From the NCBI GenBank assembly GCA_964486155.1, contig CAZAKQ010000003.1, positions 1 to 61,022 on the forward strand: 61,022 nucleotides of DNA. The letters run 5' to 3'. The DNA is from an uncultured Candidatus Saccharibacteria bacterium (GTDB lineage: Bacteria; Patescibacteriota; Minisyncoccia; Phycocordibacterales; UBA12079). The position numbers and the translations under genes are program-made. The notes below the pieces were generated by a model. The model was not told the origin of the DNA. It saw only the letters and a list, made by a program, of their open reading frames with translations, and did not search any database. Positions within the stretch are counted from its first letter, which is position 1; each line of letters opens with the position of its first letter. Below, piece by piece: positions 16,911 to 25,279 of this stretch.

Positions 16911-17084
16911 TATGAAGCGAGCATATAATTACATCGTTCGGATTATATAAAAACATATTATTACATAATCGTTTTTATAAATCCTCACTTGAAATTATAT
17001 GAAGCGAGCATATAATTACATCGTTCGGATTATATAAAAACATATTATTACATAATCGTTTTTATAAATCCTCACTTGAAATTA
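16911..17084. repeat. Perfect 2 x 87-bp tandem duplication ending at the start codon of the VanY-like gene
   Basis: The unit tatgaagcgagcatataattacatcgttcggattatataaaaacatattattacataatcgtttttataaatcctcacttgaaatta occurs at 16911-16997 and 16998-17084. A related copy lies at 47906-47968. Confidence 0.9.
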
Positions 17085-18025
17085 TGGAAAAAATCAAAAA
17101 CTTAGTAAAAAAAATTGAATTAATTTATTGGATAATTATAATTATTTTTATTATAATATTTATTATAATAGGATTTTTAGTTTGGGATGGAAAAAATCGG
17201 TTTAATCAAATAAATAAAAAAATAGATTTAATTACTAATAATTTAAATATTTTGGAAATTAAATCAGCTTCTAGTACTGCTCAATTACAAGAAAGTATCA
17301 GTAAAACACATTCAGATTTATCTTTAGCTCTTGATAAAGAGAAACAAAAAGCAGGAGAAATTAAAAATTTACTTGGAACAGTTAAAAAACAAAATGAAGA
17401 AATAACTGGAACAGTTACTACTTTACAAAAATTAAGTGATATTGACCCTGAAATATTACAAAAATATTCTCAGGTCTTCTTTCTGAATGAGCATTACTCT
17501 CCTGCTCGTTTATCTGAAATTCCAGATAAATATGAATATCATGAATCTAAATTTTCAAAATTAGATTCTCAAGTCTGGCCTTATTTAGAAAATATGTTGA
17601 AAGCTTCACTTGCTGATGACTTAGAAATTTATGTTTATTCAGCCTTTCGTTCTTACGAAGAACAAAATGCTCTTAAAAGTTATTATACTGTAACTTATGG
17701 AAAAGGAACCGCTAACCAATTTTCTGCCGATCAAGGATATTCTGAGCATCAATTAGGAACTACTGTAGATTTAATTACTACAGGAATTAATGGAACTTTA
17801 GATGGTTTTGATGAAACTAAAGCTTATTCTTGGCTTCTAAATAATGCTTACAAGTATGGTTTTGTACTTTCTTATCCTGAAAAAAATAAATCTTATATTT
17901 ATGAACCTTGGCATTGGCGTTTTGTGGGAGTTAAATTAGCTACTTATTTACATAGTAATAATAAGGGGTTTTATGATTTAGATCAACGAGAAATAGATGA
18001 ATATTTGATTAATTTATTTGAATAG
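17084..18025 (+). CDS. D-alanyl-D-alanine carboxypeptidase, M15B/VanY family, membrane-anchored
   Basis: The ORF is 313 aa with a TM helix and a coiled coil. It has SAFRSYEEQ, SEHQLGTTVDL and EPWHWRFVG, which supply the Zn ligands of the VanY fold. Confidence 0.85.
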   Translation: MEKIKNLVKKIELIYWIIIIIFIIIFIIIGFLVWDGKNRFNQINKKIDLITNNLNILEIKSASSTAQLQESISKTHSDLSLALDKEKQKAGEIKNLLGTVKKQNEEITGTVTTLQKLSDIDPEILQKYSQVFFLNEHYSPARLSEIPDKYEYHESKFSKLDSQVWPYLENMLKASLADDLEIYVYSAFRSYEEQNALKSYYTVTYGKGTANQFSADQGYSEHQLGTTVDLITTGINGTLDGFDETKAYSWLLNNAYKYGFVLSYPEKNKSYIYEPWHWRFVGVKLATYLHSNNKGFYDLDQREIDEYLINLFE

Positions 18026-18095
18026 AAAATGTAAGTAAGAAAGCCGGTTTACATTAAACCGGCTTTTTAGATTCTAATATTCAAAAGAAAAGAAA

Positions 18096-18512
18096 TCAAG
18101 CTTTGGTGCCTGCCTCGACCTTGCTAACATCTTTTTTCTGAATTTTTTTCTTAAAAGGTAAATCGCAAACATCATACTCACCACAATTTTCACAAATATG
18201 ATTGTCTTCTTCAAAAATCATTTCTGTCAAAAATGAATTCATAATCATATCCAAAAAGTTTTCCTCTGGAGAAAATTGAACAATATAGTATCCTTTACGA
18301 ATTCCTATACCTGGCATATCATAAGTTTTAAGACGATTTTTGATAGTCTTCCATAAAAGCTTCTTGATGAACAATTGATCGCTTTTAATTTTCTCAAGTA
18401 TTTGTTGTTTTTCTTTTGAGAATTCCTCTTTGCTAAACAAATCCAATTTTTCATTGAATTCATCAGTAAGAATACTTAATGTTGAAAAAATTGCTTTTTC
18501 AAAAACTGTCAT
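18096..18512 (-). CDS. Hypothetical protein with a C-terminal CxxC motif
   Basis: The ORF is 138 aa. A ggag SD lies upstream. It is translationally coupled to the 40-aa ORF upstream. Confidence 0.5.
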   Translation of the reverse strand: MTVFEKAIFSTLSILTDEFNEKLDLFSKEEFSKEKQQILEKIKSDQLFIKKLLWKTIKNRLKTYDMPGIGIRKGYYIVQFSPEENFLDMIMNSFLTEMIFEEDNHICENCGEYDVCDLPFKKKIQKKDVSKVEAGTKA

Positions 18513-18520
18513 TTCTCCAA

Positions 18521-18643
18521 TTACAGTTTCTTTCTGAGCAACTTTTTTTCAAGAACTGGTAAAAAATTTAAGCTGAGCATAAATTCAACCACTTTTTCCA
18601 TAATTGTTCCGGCGAATAAATTTGCATCAATTTTTTGTGACAT
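18521..18643 (-). CDS. Small ORF (40 aa), hypothetical, first gene of a two-gene unit
   Basis: It reads MSQKIDANLFAGTIMEKVVEFMLSLNFLPVLEKKLLRKKL. A strong SD (aaggaga) precedes it. Its stop lies 8 nt before the next ATG. Confidence 0.4.
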   Translation of the reverse strand: MSQKIDANLFAGTIMEKVVEFMLSLNFLPVLEKKLLRKKL

Positions 18644-18859
18644 TCTAATCTCCTTTTAAATGTTTATTTTCTCTGCTGAGAAAAAATTATATATGTACTA
18701 CTCTTCCAAACTTCATATACTTAATCAAATTAAACTTAATTTGTCAATACTTGTAGGTAATGTCTAAACACATATGGCACTTTTTGATAGATTATATAAA
18801 TCATAAAAAATCAGACATTCGATGTCTGATTTTTTTCATCTTTTATTTTTTATATATTT

Positions 18860-19168
18860 TTATTCTAATTTTATTCGGTTTAAGATTCCTCCTTCTAAAT
18901 TTGAAACATTAATGAATCCTAAATTTTCTAGAATTTGACAAGCAAAACTACTACGAGCTCCGCTTCTACAATAAACTATTATTTTTTGTGTTTTATCATT
19001 TATACCTATTTTATTTAAATTTTCTTCAGATAAATCTTGCATTGGTAAAAGAATTGCACTAGAAATTTTTCCTTCGTTAAATTCCTCAGGTGTTCTCACA
19101 TCTAGTAAAGTAAAATTTTCTTTATTTTTAATTTTCTCCTCTAATTGAGTAGTATTTATATTTTTCAT
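18860..19168 (-). CDS. Rhodanese-domain sulfurtransferase
   Basis: The ORF is 102 aa with the active-site loop CRSGARS. Confidence 0.85.
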   Translation of the reverse strand: MKNINTTQLEEKIKNKENFTLLDVRTPEEFNEGKISSAILLPMQDLSEENLNKIGINDKTQKIIVYCRSGARSSFACQILENLGFINVSNLEGGILNRIKLE

Positions 19169-19344
19169 TAATTTAATTTTACCACCTACCCACCAAAAAA
19201 CCAGTAGTTATTACAACTACACTAAACTCACGACCGTGAGTTTAGTGTAGTAAATATTGAGAGCGTAAGTACGGGCGTACGTACATCCGTATGTACGAAA
19301 TTTAAAAAGCTTGACATTTAAAATGCCAAGTCTTTTTAATTATG

Positions 19345-19415
19345 TTGCCAGATTAGGACTCGAACCTAAATTACTTGGACCAAAACCAAGCGTCCTACCA
19401 TTAGACGATCTGGCA
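19345..19415 (-). tRNA. tRNA-Gln(TTG)
   Basis: The reverse complement reads TGCCAGA..CTTGG-TTTTGGT-CCAAG..TTAGG-TTCGAGT-CCTAA-TCTGGCA-A. The U1-A72 pair is typical of tRNA-Gln. Confidence 0.9.
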
Positions 19416-19547
19416 ATACTTAACTTGTTGACATACATTTTACCTTTTTTTTATATTTTTTCAACTTAATCATTGACTTCATAAAGTTTTTTAGATAATC
19501 TTTTCTTAGAGTTAATTAATAATAAAAAATAGGAAGGGAGTATTAAA

Positions 19548-19880
19548 ATGGATGAAAAATTAGAAGTCCCTCTTTTTATTAAAAAGAGAGGGTGTATTAA
19601 TTGCGAGAAATCAAAAATGCATATGAAAAAACACAAGAAACCTTTCGGAGCTGACCATGAATTAATGGCGTCTTGTCTTTTATTAGGTTGTCAATCTTTT
19701 GGATTTTCTCTTTTAAATCCTTTCACTGATCCAGAAGAGTTAATTAAATTAGCTGAAAAAGAATATCCAGATAAAATCCAAAACGCAATAAAATATTGCA
19801 AACAAATTGATAAAGAATTAGGTAATTTTTATCAAAAAATAGGAGTCTCTCTTAAAAAATTGATAGCCGATTATGAATAG
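19548..19880 (+). CDS. Hypothetical protein
   Basis: The ORF is 110 aa with an SD (ggaaggga) upstream. A promoter-like TTGACA, a 17-nt spacer and TATATT lie at about 19427-19456. Confidence 0.5.
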   Translation: MDEKLEVPLFIKKRGCINCEKSKMHMKKHKKPFGADHELMASCLLLGCQSFGFSLLNPFTDPEELIKLAEKEYPDKIQNAIKYCKQIDKELGNFYQKIGVSLKKLIADYE

Positions 19881-19915
19881 AATAGATTGAGATGGTATAG
19901 TTATTTCTATACCAT

Positions 19916-20947
19916 CTATTTTTTTATCAATTTTATCAATACTAACTCCAGAGGTAATTGAGAAATATAAGATTGTTTTATTTGATCTGAACTATTTATT
20001 AATTCTATTAAAGTTTTAGCATTTAAGTTCGAATCTTTATTTTTAGCTAATTTTTCAATAAATTCAAAATCTTTTTCTGAAAAATCGTCTTGAACAATCT
20101 TAACCATATCTTTAGCAAATCTTACCAATAAAACAGCTCTAATTTTGTGTAAAATCAATTTTAAGAATAACTGAGCATCAATACTATCTTCTGTAGCCTC
20201 TTGAACAGCTTTTAATCCCTTATCTAAATTATTTTCAGAAATTGCCGATATATAATCATTCACTAAATCTCCTTTCGGTGCTCCTGTTATTTTTTCTACT
20301 TCTTTGATTGAAATTTTTTGGTCACCTGAAGCAGAAATAACTTTTTGTAAAATCCCTAAAGTATCTCTAAAAGATCCATCACCTAATAAAGCAATTAAGT
20401 CTTCAGCTCCGTTTTCTAATTGTAGTTTTTCTTTTTTACAAATATCTAATACTGATTTCTTAAGAATTTCTAAAGAAGGTTTTTTGAAAGTAAAGGATTG
20501 ACAACGAGATAAAATAGTATCTGGGATTTTTTCTATTTCAGTAGTGGCTAGAACAAAAATTACATGTTTAGGAGGTTCTTCTAAAGTTTTCAACAAAGCA
20601 TTAAAAGCTTCCTTAGTTAACATATGCACTTCATCTATAATATAGACTTTATAAGGTGATTCAAAAGGAAGCACTGTCACAGCCTCTCGTAATTCTCTAA
20701 TATCGTCAATTCCTCTATTAGAAGCAGCATCAATTTCATTTAAATCATTTAAAGAGGTTTTAATTTCTTGAGCCAAAAGCCGAGCAATAGTGGTTTTTCC
20801 AGTTCCTCGAGTGCCTGAAAACAAATAAGCGTGTGCTATATTCCCTAGTGAAATAGCTTTTTGTATAGTATCTACTATATGATCTTGACCTAAAACTTCT
20901 GAAAATTTTTGAGGTCTATATTTTCTATATAAAACTAAGTTATTCAT
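19916..20947 (-). CDS. dnaX: DNA polymerase III subunit gamma/tau (short form)
   Basis: The ORF is 343 aa. It has YRPQKFSEVLGQ, Walker A GTRGTGKTT, DEVHML and the SRC motif. Confidence 0.9.
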   Translation of the reverse strand: MNNLVLYRKYRPQKFSEVLGQDHIVDTIQKAISLGNIAHAYLFSGTRGTGKTTIARLLAQEIKTSLNDLNEIDAASNRGIDDIRELREAVTVLPFESPYKVYIIDEVHMLTKEAFNALLKTLEEPPKHVIFVLATTEIEKIPDTILSRCQSFTFKKPSLEILKKSVLDICKKEKLQLENGAEDLIALLGDGSFRDTLGILQKVISASGDQKISIKEVEKITGAPKGDLVNDYISAISENNLDKGLKAVQEATEDSIDAQLFLKLILHKIRAVLLVRFAKDMVKIVQDDFSEKDFEFIEKLAKNKDSNLNAKTLIELINSSDQIKQSYISQLPLELVLIKLIKK

Positions 20948-21150
20948 CCCGTTAGAAATAGTTTTTTATAAACTATCTTGATTTAATTAACAATAATTCT
21001 TTTTTCCGTTTATCTTTTTATATACAAAATCTTTAACTGGATTTGTATTTATATAATTATTATATCACAAAAAACTTTTAGAGTTAAAATAAACTTTTTA
21101 CCTTTTTCTTACGGTCGTTTGAAAAAGGTAAAGATAATTTAAAAAACTAT

Positions 21151-21201
21151 CCACTTGGACGTTCCATTTGGACGTTCCACTTGGACGTTTCACGTCCAAG
21201 T
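21151..21201. promoter_or_regulatory. Three tandem 13-nt repeats (ccayttggacgtt) plus an inverted half-site
   Basis: ccacttggacgtt, ccatttggacgtt and ccacttggacgtt are followed by tcacgtccaagt. The block lies ~200 nt upstream of dnaX. Confidence 0.5.
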
Positions 21202-21313
21202 CGTAATGTGAAAAAATAAACAATAAACAAAAAATAGCCGATGAATTTACATTCACCGGCTAAATCAGTTGCTCTAAACCTCTTATTTGTTTTCCATCTA
21301 CCTAAATAATTCT

Positions 21314-21823
21314 TTAAATCTTTTTTATTTTAGGATACAAATAATGAAAAAGGATAAAAGAACTGAAATAAAAAAATGAAAAATATAATAGAATCGGTAT
21401 ATTTTTGTCAAATAAAAAAAGAATTATAAATGCTGCAGCAAAGGAAGCTAAACTAAAGGAAAATAAATTTTCTTTGTTTGTTTCTTTAGATACAAAAGAA
21501 TGAAAAAACAAAAGAGCGATACAAACGGCAGTTATCAAAATCATTATAATAATATGACGACTATCTAATTCTGGCATTAAAAAAGTCGCTGTAGGGATAA
21601 TCGCAAAAGAAACAAAAGCCAGTAAAATTCTTAAAATCAAACGATTATCTTCTTTAATACTTGAAAAATATCCTGCCGTACTCCCTAAAATAATTACTAA
21701 CAAAACAATTATTAAAGGCAAGAAATTAATTTTGAAATTTGTTCTGACAACTTTTTTAAAGTTAGATTTAAAAACTCCTTCCTCCAAAATTATTTCTTTT
21801 TTTAAAATATCGGTTTTTTTCAT
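21314..21823 (-). CDS. Hypothetical polytopic membrane protein
   Basis: The ORF is 169 aa with 4-5 TM helices. Confidence 0.5.
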   Translation of the reverse strand: MKKTDILKKEIILEEGVFKSNFKKVVRTNFKINFLPLIIVLLVIILGSTAGYFSSIKEDNRLILRILLAFVSFAIIPTATFLMPELDSRHIIIMILITAVCIALLFFHSFVSKETNKENLFSFSLASFAAAFIILFLFDKNIPILLYFSFFYFSSFILFHYLYPKIKKI

Positions 21824-22187
21824 TGGAAATATATATTTCCATAAAACTATAATAAACTCCTTTGTAGAAATTTCTATTTTCTATTACCTTTTTCTCTCCT
21901 GATATAAGTTCTTTTTGCTCTTCCAAAGAAATATCCCAATCTTTAGGTGCTTCATCTATAACAATATCAGCTGGACTATCATGTTTGTAAAACTTTCCAT
22001 TTTGGAAATAAACAGATGGAATTTTAGTTTCTGCTTTTCCAATTTCTGTTTGAGCTTGAACACATATACAGAAAAAACAGAACAAAATATAAGCAACAAA
22101 ACCTATCAAAATGATTTTAACTAAAGTTTTTTTGTTATCCTTAACTTTTTTTACTAATCTGTCAAAATTACTAGTTGAGTTATTCAT
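21768..22187 (-). CDS. Hypothetical membrane-anchored protein
   Basis: The ORF is 139 aa with one TM helix. It overlaps the next ORF by 56 nt in another frame. Confidence 0.45.
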   Translation of the reverse strand: MNNSTSNFDRLVKKVKDNKKTLVKIILIGFVAYILFCFFCICVQAQTEIGKAETKIPSVYFQNGKFYKHDSPADIVIDEAPKDWDISLEEQKELISGEKKVIENRNFYKGVYYSFMEIYISNEKNRYFKKRNNFGGRSF

Positions 22188-22336
22188 CCTAGATCTCCTT
22201 TTTGTTATCTATTTTAAGTTATTTATTTATTTTGTAATTAAACATCTACTATTTTTATACCGTAAATTAAGAAAATTAGCAAGAAAAACTCAACTATGAG
22301 CTCTGTTAATCCTACAATTGATATTTTTCTTTATTA

Positions 22337-22427
22337 GAAGTCCAACCCCAATATTAATAGAACAACATTCAACAACTAAAGTTCACGGTTATTTTAGTTA
22401 ATCCGCCAGCTGGCGGAGTTGGACTTC
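22337..22427 (-). ncRNA. ~90-nt 3'-flank structured element, copy 2 (downstream of rnc)
   Basis: The closing stem is gaagtccaac (22337-22346) with gttggacttc (22418-22427). Relative to copy 1, both strands have changed so that pairing is kept. It has the same core cacggttattttagttaatccgccagctggcggag. Confidence 0.5.
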
Positions 22428-22455
22428 GTTCAATAACTTAAGAAAAATATGAAAA

Positions 22456-22487
22456 GGGCGAAGGACTAAAGTCCTTCGCCTTTTTTT
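22456..22487. terminator. Bidirectional intrinsic terminator downstream of rnc
   Basis: The stem gggcgaaggac-taaa-gtccttcgcc is flanked by a T7 run on the plus strand and a T-run on the minus strand. Confidence 0.75.
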
Positions 22488-22491
22488 CTAA

Positions 22492-22507
22492 TCCGCCAGC
22501 TGGCGGA
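22492..22507. repeat. 16-nt G+C palindrome TCCGCCAGCTGGCGGA (family 1)
   Basis: This is a perfect copy, 28 nt beyond the rnc stop. Confidence 0.8.
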
Positions 22508-22535
22508 TTAACTTCCTAAAATCCTAATAATCTAA

Positions 22536-23228
22536 CTACATCCATTGCTTTGCTTCTAAAGCATTTCTAGCTGCAAGTTGTTCAGCTTCTTGTTTGGAAA
22601 CTCCTTCTCCCTCAGCAATCATTTTATTCCTCAAGAAAACTCCCACTTTAAATTTTTTAGCATGGTCAGGCCCTTCTTCTTCAATAGTTTGATAAGAAGG
22701 AGTTACTCGTTCAAATTCCTGAGCCTTTTCTTGAAAATGACTTTTATTATCCTGCCATAAAGAATCAGCTACTACCGTATCGGTTATTTTCAAAAAATAA
22801 GTGTCAATAAATTCTGCTGCTTTATCATATCCTTGATCTAAATAAATAGCTCCGATAATTGCTTCAATAACATTAGCTACTATAAAATTTCTAGCTCTTC
22901 CGGTATCTTTAGCTTCTCCTTTTGATAATAACAAATAATCATTTACCTCTAATTCCCCTGCTACTCGTAACAAAGAAGTAGTATTCACTATAGCTGAACG
23001 ATAAGCAGTTAAAACTCCTTCTTTTTCTTCTGGAAATTTTTTAAATAAATGATGAGTTACAACCAATTCTAAAACAGCATCACCTAAGAATTCTAATCTT
23101 TCATTATGTTCTAAGTTTTCACCCTTATTTTCATTTAAATAAGAACGATGAGTAAAAGCTGTTTTTAATAAATTAATATCATTAAATTCTATATTTATTT
23201 TTTCAGAAAATTTTTTAAATTTTTCCAT
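22536..23228 (-). CDS. rnc: Ribonuclease III
   Basis: The ORF is 230 aa. It has the signature ERLEFLGDAVLE and a C-terminal dsRBD. Confidence 0.95.
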   Translation of the reverse strand: MEKFKKFSEKINIEFNDINLLKTAFTHRSYLNENKGENLEHNERLEFLGDAVLELVVTHHLFKKFPEEKEGVLTAYRSAIVNTTSLLRVAGELEVNDYLLLSKGEAKDTGRARNFIVANVIEAIIGAIYLDQGYDKAAEFIDTYFLKITDTVVADSLWQDNKSHFQEKAQEFERVTPSYQTIEEEGPDHAKKFKVGVFLRNKMIAEGEGVSKQEAEQLAARNALEAKQWM

Positions 23229-23232
23229 TTTA

Positions 23233-24144
23233 TTATTTTTTCTTTTTTAATATTTCAATTCCTTTTTTTATAATTGGACGCATATCATCATAAAATTCTA
23301 AATCTTTTAATTCTCCTAAGTGAAACCATCTTATGTCGTCAATTACTTTAGAACTTTTTTGATTTTTATCTAAATCTAAATCAGAAAATTTACTTTTAGC
23401 TAAATAAAATGTACTTTTTCTTCTAACATAACCATCTTCAGTATGATTAGTAACATATTCATGCTTTCCTAATTTATTTTCAATTTCTATATCTAAACCT
23501 AATTTATTTTTAGCTTTTCTTATCACACATTTTTCTATAGATTCATCTTCCTCTTTTTTTCCTTTTACTAGAGACCAATACCCAAAAATATTATGAGTTA
23601 AAGCTACTAAAATACTTTCGTTATGAATAGAATAAACCATTGCCCCTCCTAGTTCATGAATCACCATGTCTTTTTTATTTACTTCTTTTTTTCTAGATTC
23701 ACTCGTTTCGTGTTTTTGCGGTTCTCCTAATTCTTTATAAATAGTTCCCATTACTCCACTTATGAATCTACCACTGTTCTCACCTCCAAAAGCCTTAGAT
23801 AATTCAATGGCTTCGTTTATGGCTACTTTAGGAGGAACTTCCTTTCTGTCAGAATATAATAATTCACAAATCCCTATTCTTAAAATATTTCTATCAATTA
23901 CTGGGATTTTTTCAATAGGCCATTGAGGAGCAGCTTTTTGAATAATATTATCTAAATCTTTTTGCTTCTCAAAAACACAATTTATTACCTTTTGAGCAAA
24001 ACTAGGAATTTTGTCTGTTTGAGCAAAATCTTCAACATTCTTTAAAAGAATATTTTGAATATCTTCTTTATGATTGTCTTTTCTAACATCCCATTCAAAA
24101 AGAGATTGTAAAACTATTGATCTTAATAAATGTCTTTCTAACAT
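23233..24144 (-). CDS. nusB: NusB antitermination factor fused to a C-terminal degenerate Nudix-fold domain
   Basis: The N-terminal ~150 aa are NusB-like (LRSIVLQSLFEWD..., NEAIELSKAFGGENSGRFISGV). The C-terminus has a Nudix-box remnant, GKKEEDESIEKCVIRKAKNKLGL. I moved the start to the ATG at 24144 (MLERH) because the upstream ATG at 24189 lies inside a hairpin loop. Confidence 0.8.
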   Translation of the reverse strand: MLERHLLRSIVLQSLFEWDVRKDNHKEDIQNILLKNVEDFAQTDKIPSFAQKVINCVFEKQKDLDNIIQKAAPQWPIEKIPVIDRNILRIGICELLYSDRKEVPPKVAINEAIELSKAFGGENSGRFISGVMGTIYKELGEPQKHETSESRKKEVNKKDMVIHELGGAMVYSIHNESILVALTHNIFGYWSLVKGKKEEDESIEKCVIRKAKNKLGLDIEIENKLGKHEYVTNHTEDGYVRRKSTFYLAKSKFSDLDLDKNQKSSKVIDDIRWFHLGELKDLEFYDDMRPIIKKGIEILKKKK

Positions 24145-24243
24145 ATTTTTATAAATATAAATTAAAAACACCTCTGGGAAAGCAGTCATTCATTCGTAAA
24201 AGCTTTTCAGGAGGTGTTTGTAATTAAATTACAACTAACAAAT

Positions 24244-24546
24244 TTATTTAGTTTTTTTAGATAATTTTCTAGGATCTAAAGCTTTAACTTCTTCTTCCTT
24301 GTCTTTAGCATTAGGGTCTATTCCTAGAGACTTCATTTTAGCAATTTTTCTTTCATTCTTTTTAGCTATTTTAGCATTCATATCTATAACTTGTCTATCT
24401 TGATAAGTTCCACAAGTATCACACATTCTATGTCGTAAATGAAAAGCTTCGCATTTTTTACAACGCGATAATCTTGGAGATTTTATTCCGTGATGGGAAC
24501 GACGGCTCCTTGTTTTTCCACTTGTTATTCTCATTCTTGATGACAT
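24244..24546 (-). CDS. rpmF: 50S ribosomal protein L32 with a basic C-terminal extension
   Basis: It has the basic N-terminal segment SGKTRSRRSHHG and the CKKC...CDTCG zinc ribbon. Confidence 0.8.
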   Translation of the reverse strand: MSSRMRITSGKTRSRRSHHGIKSPRLSRCKKCEAFHLRHRMCDTCGTYQDRQVIDMNAKIAKKNERKIAKMKSLGIDPNAKDKEEEVKALDPRKLSKKTK

Positions 24547-24584
24547 ATAGTTTTGAATTATATACTATTTTATAAAAAAAGCAA

Positions 24585-25154
24585 TTAATTATTTTGTATA
24601 ATATCTTCTATATTTTTAATTATTTCATCATAATTTACCCTATTTAAGTTAGTAGTATTTACATTTATTATTTCTCCTTCTATATCTAAAGTTTCCATAT
24701 ACCCTCTTTTTAAAGAATCCTTAATTTCATCATACATATTTTCTTCACAATGTCCGGGATGTCTAAAATTTAAAGCTGTTCTTTTTTTAAATCTTTTTGC
24801 TAACCTATTTTTTTCAGCTGTTAAATTAATCTGGATCGGAATAAAATCAATATTTTTTTTAATTTTTTTAATTTTTTCTGCATCTAGTTGAGGTACAAAA
24901 TTTCCATCTATAACTAAAGGTTTATAATCTTTTAATATTATTTCAATAAAATAATATAAAATAGAATAAGCAATTCCTCCTATTTTTAAAGATTTTTGAC
25001 GATCTCCCCAACCTAATTCTTCAAATAATAATTCTTTTATGAAATCTTTACTGATAAACGGAATAGACATATTTTGAGAAATCTTTCTTCCAATAGTAGT
25101 TTTACCTGAACCCGCTGGTCCGATCATAATTATTAGAATAGGTTTTTTTTGCAT
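24585..25154 (-). CDS. P-loop NTPase/kinase (AAA_33-like)
   Basis: The ORF is 189 aa with Walker A GPAGSGKTT near the N-terminus. Confidence 0.6.
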   Translation of the reverse strand: MQKKPILIIMIGPAGSGKTTIGRKISQNMSIPFISKDFIKELLFEELGWGDRQKSLKIGGIAYSILYYFIEIILKDYKPLVIDGNFVPQLDAEKIKKIKKNIDFIPIQINLTAEKNRLAKRFKKRTALNFRHPGHCEENMYDEIKDSLKRGYMETLDIEGEIINVNTTNLNRVNYDEIIKNIEDIIQNN

Positions 25155-25279
25155 AATTATAAATTAACTAAATATTAAACATTTAATCATAATAAATAAA
25201 ATTTTCTTTTCAGATTTTTCTTTAATTATTTTATTAATATTTTATTTCATAATTTAAACTCTTATTATATAATAACATT

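Noticed and set aside
21151-21201. CRISPR array (also considered for the 87-bp tandem repeat at 16911)
   Set aside because: The repeats are directly adjacent with no spacers. There are only 2-3 units and no cas genes.
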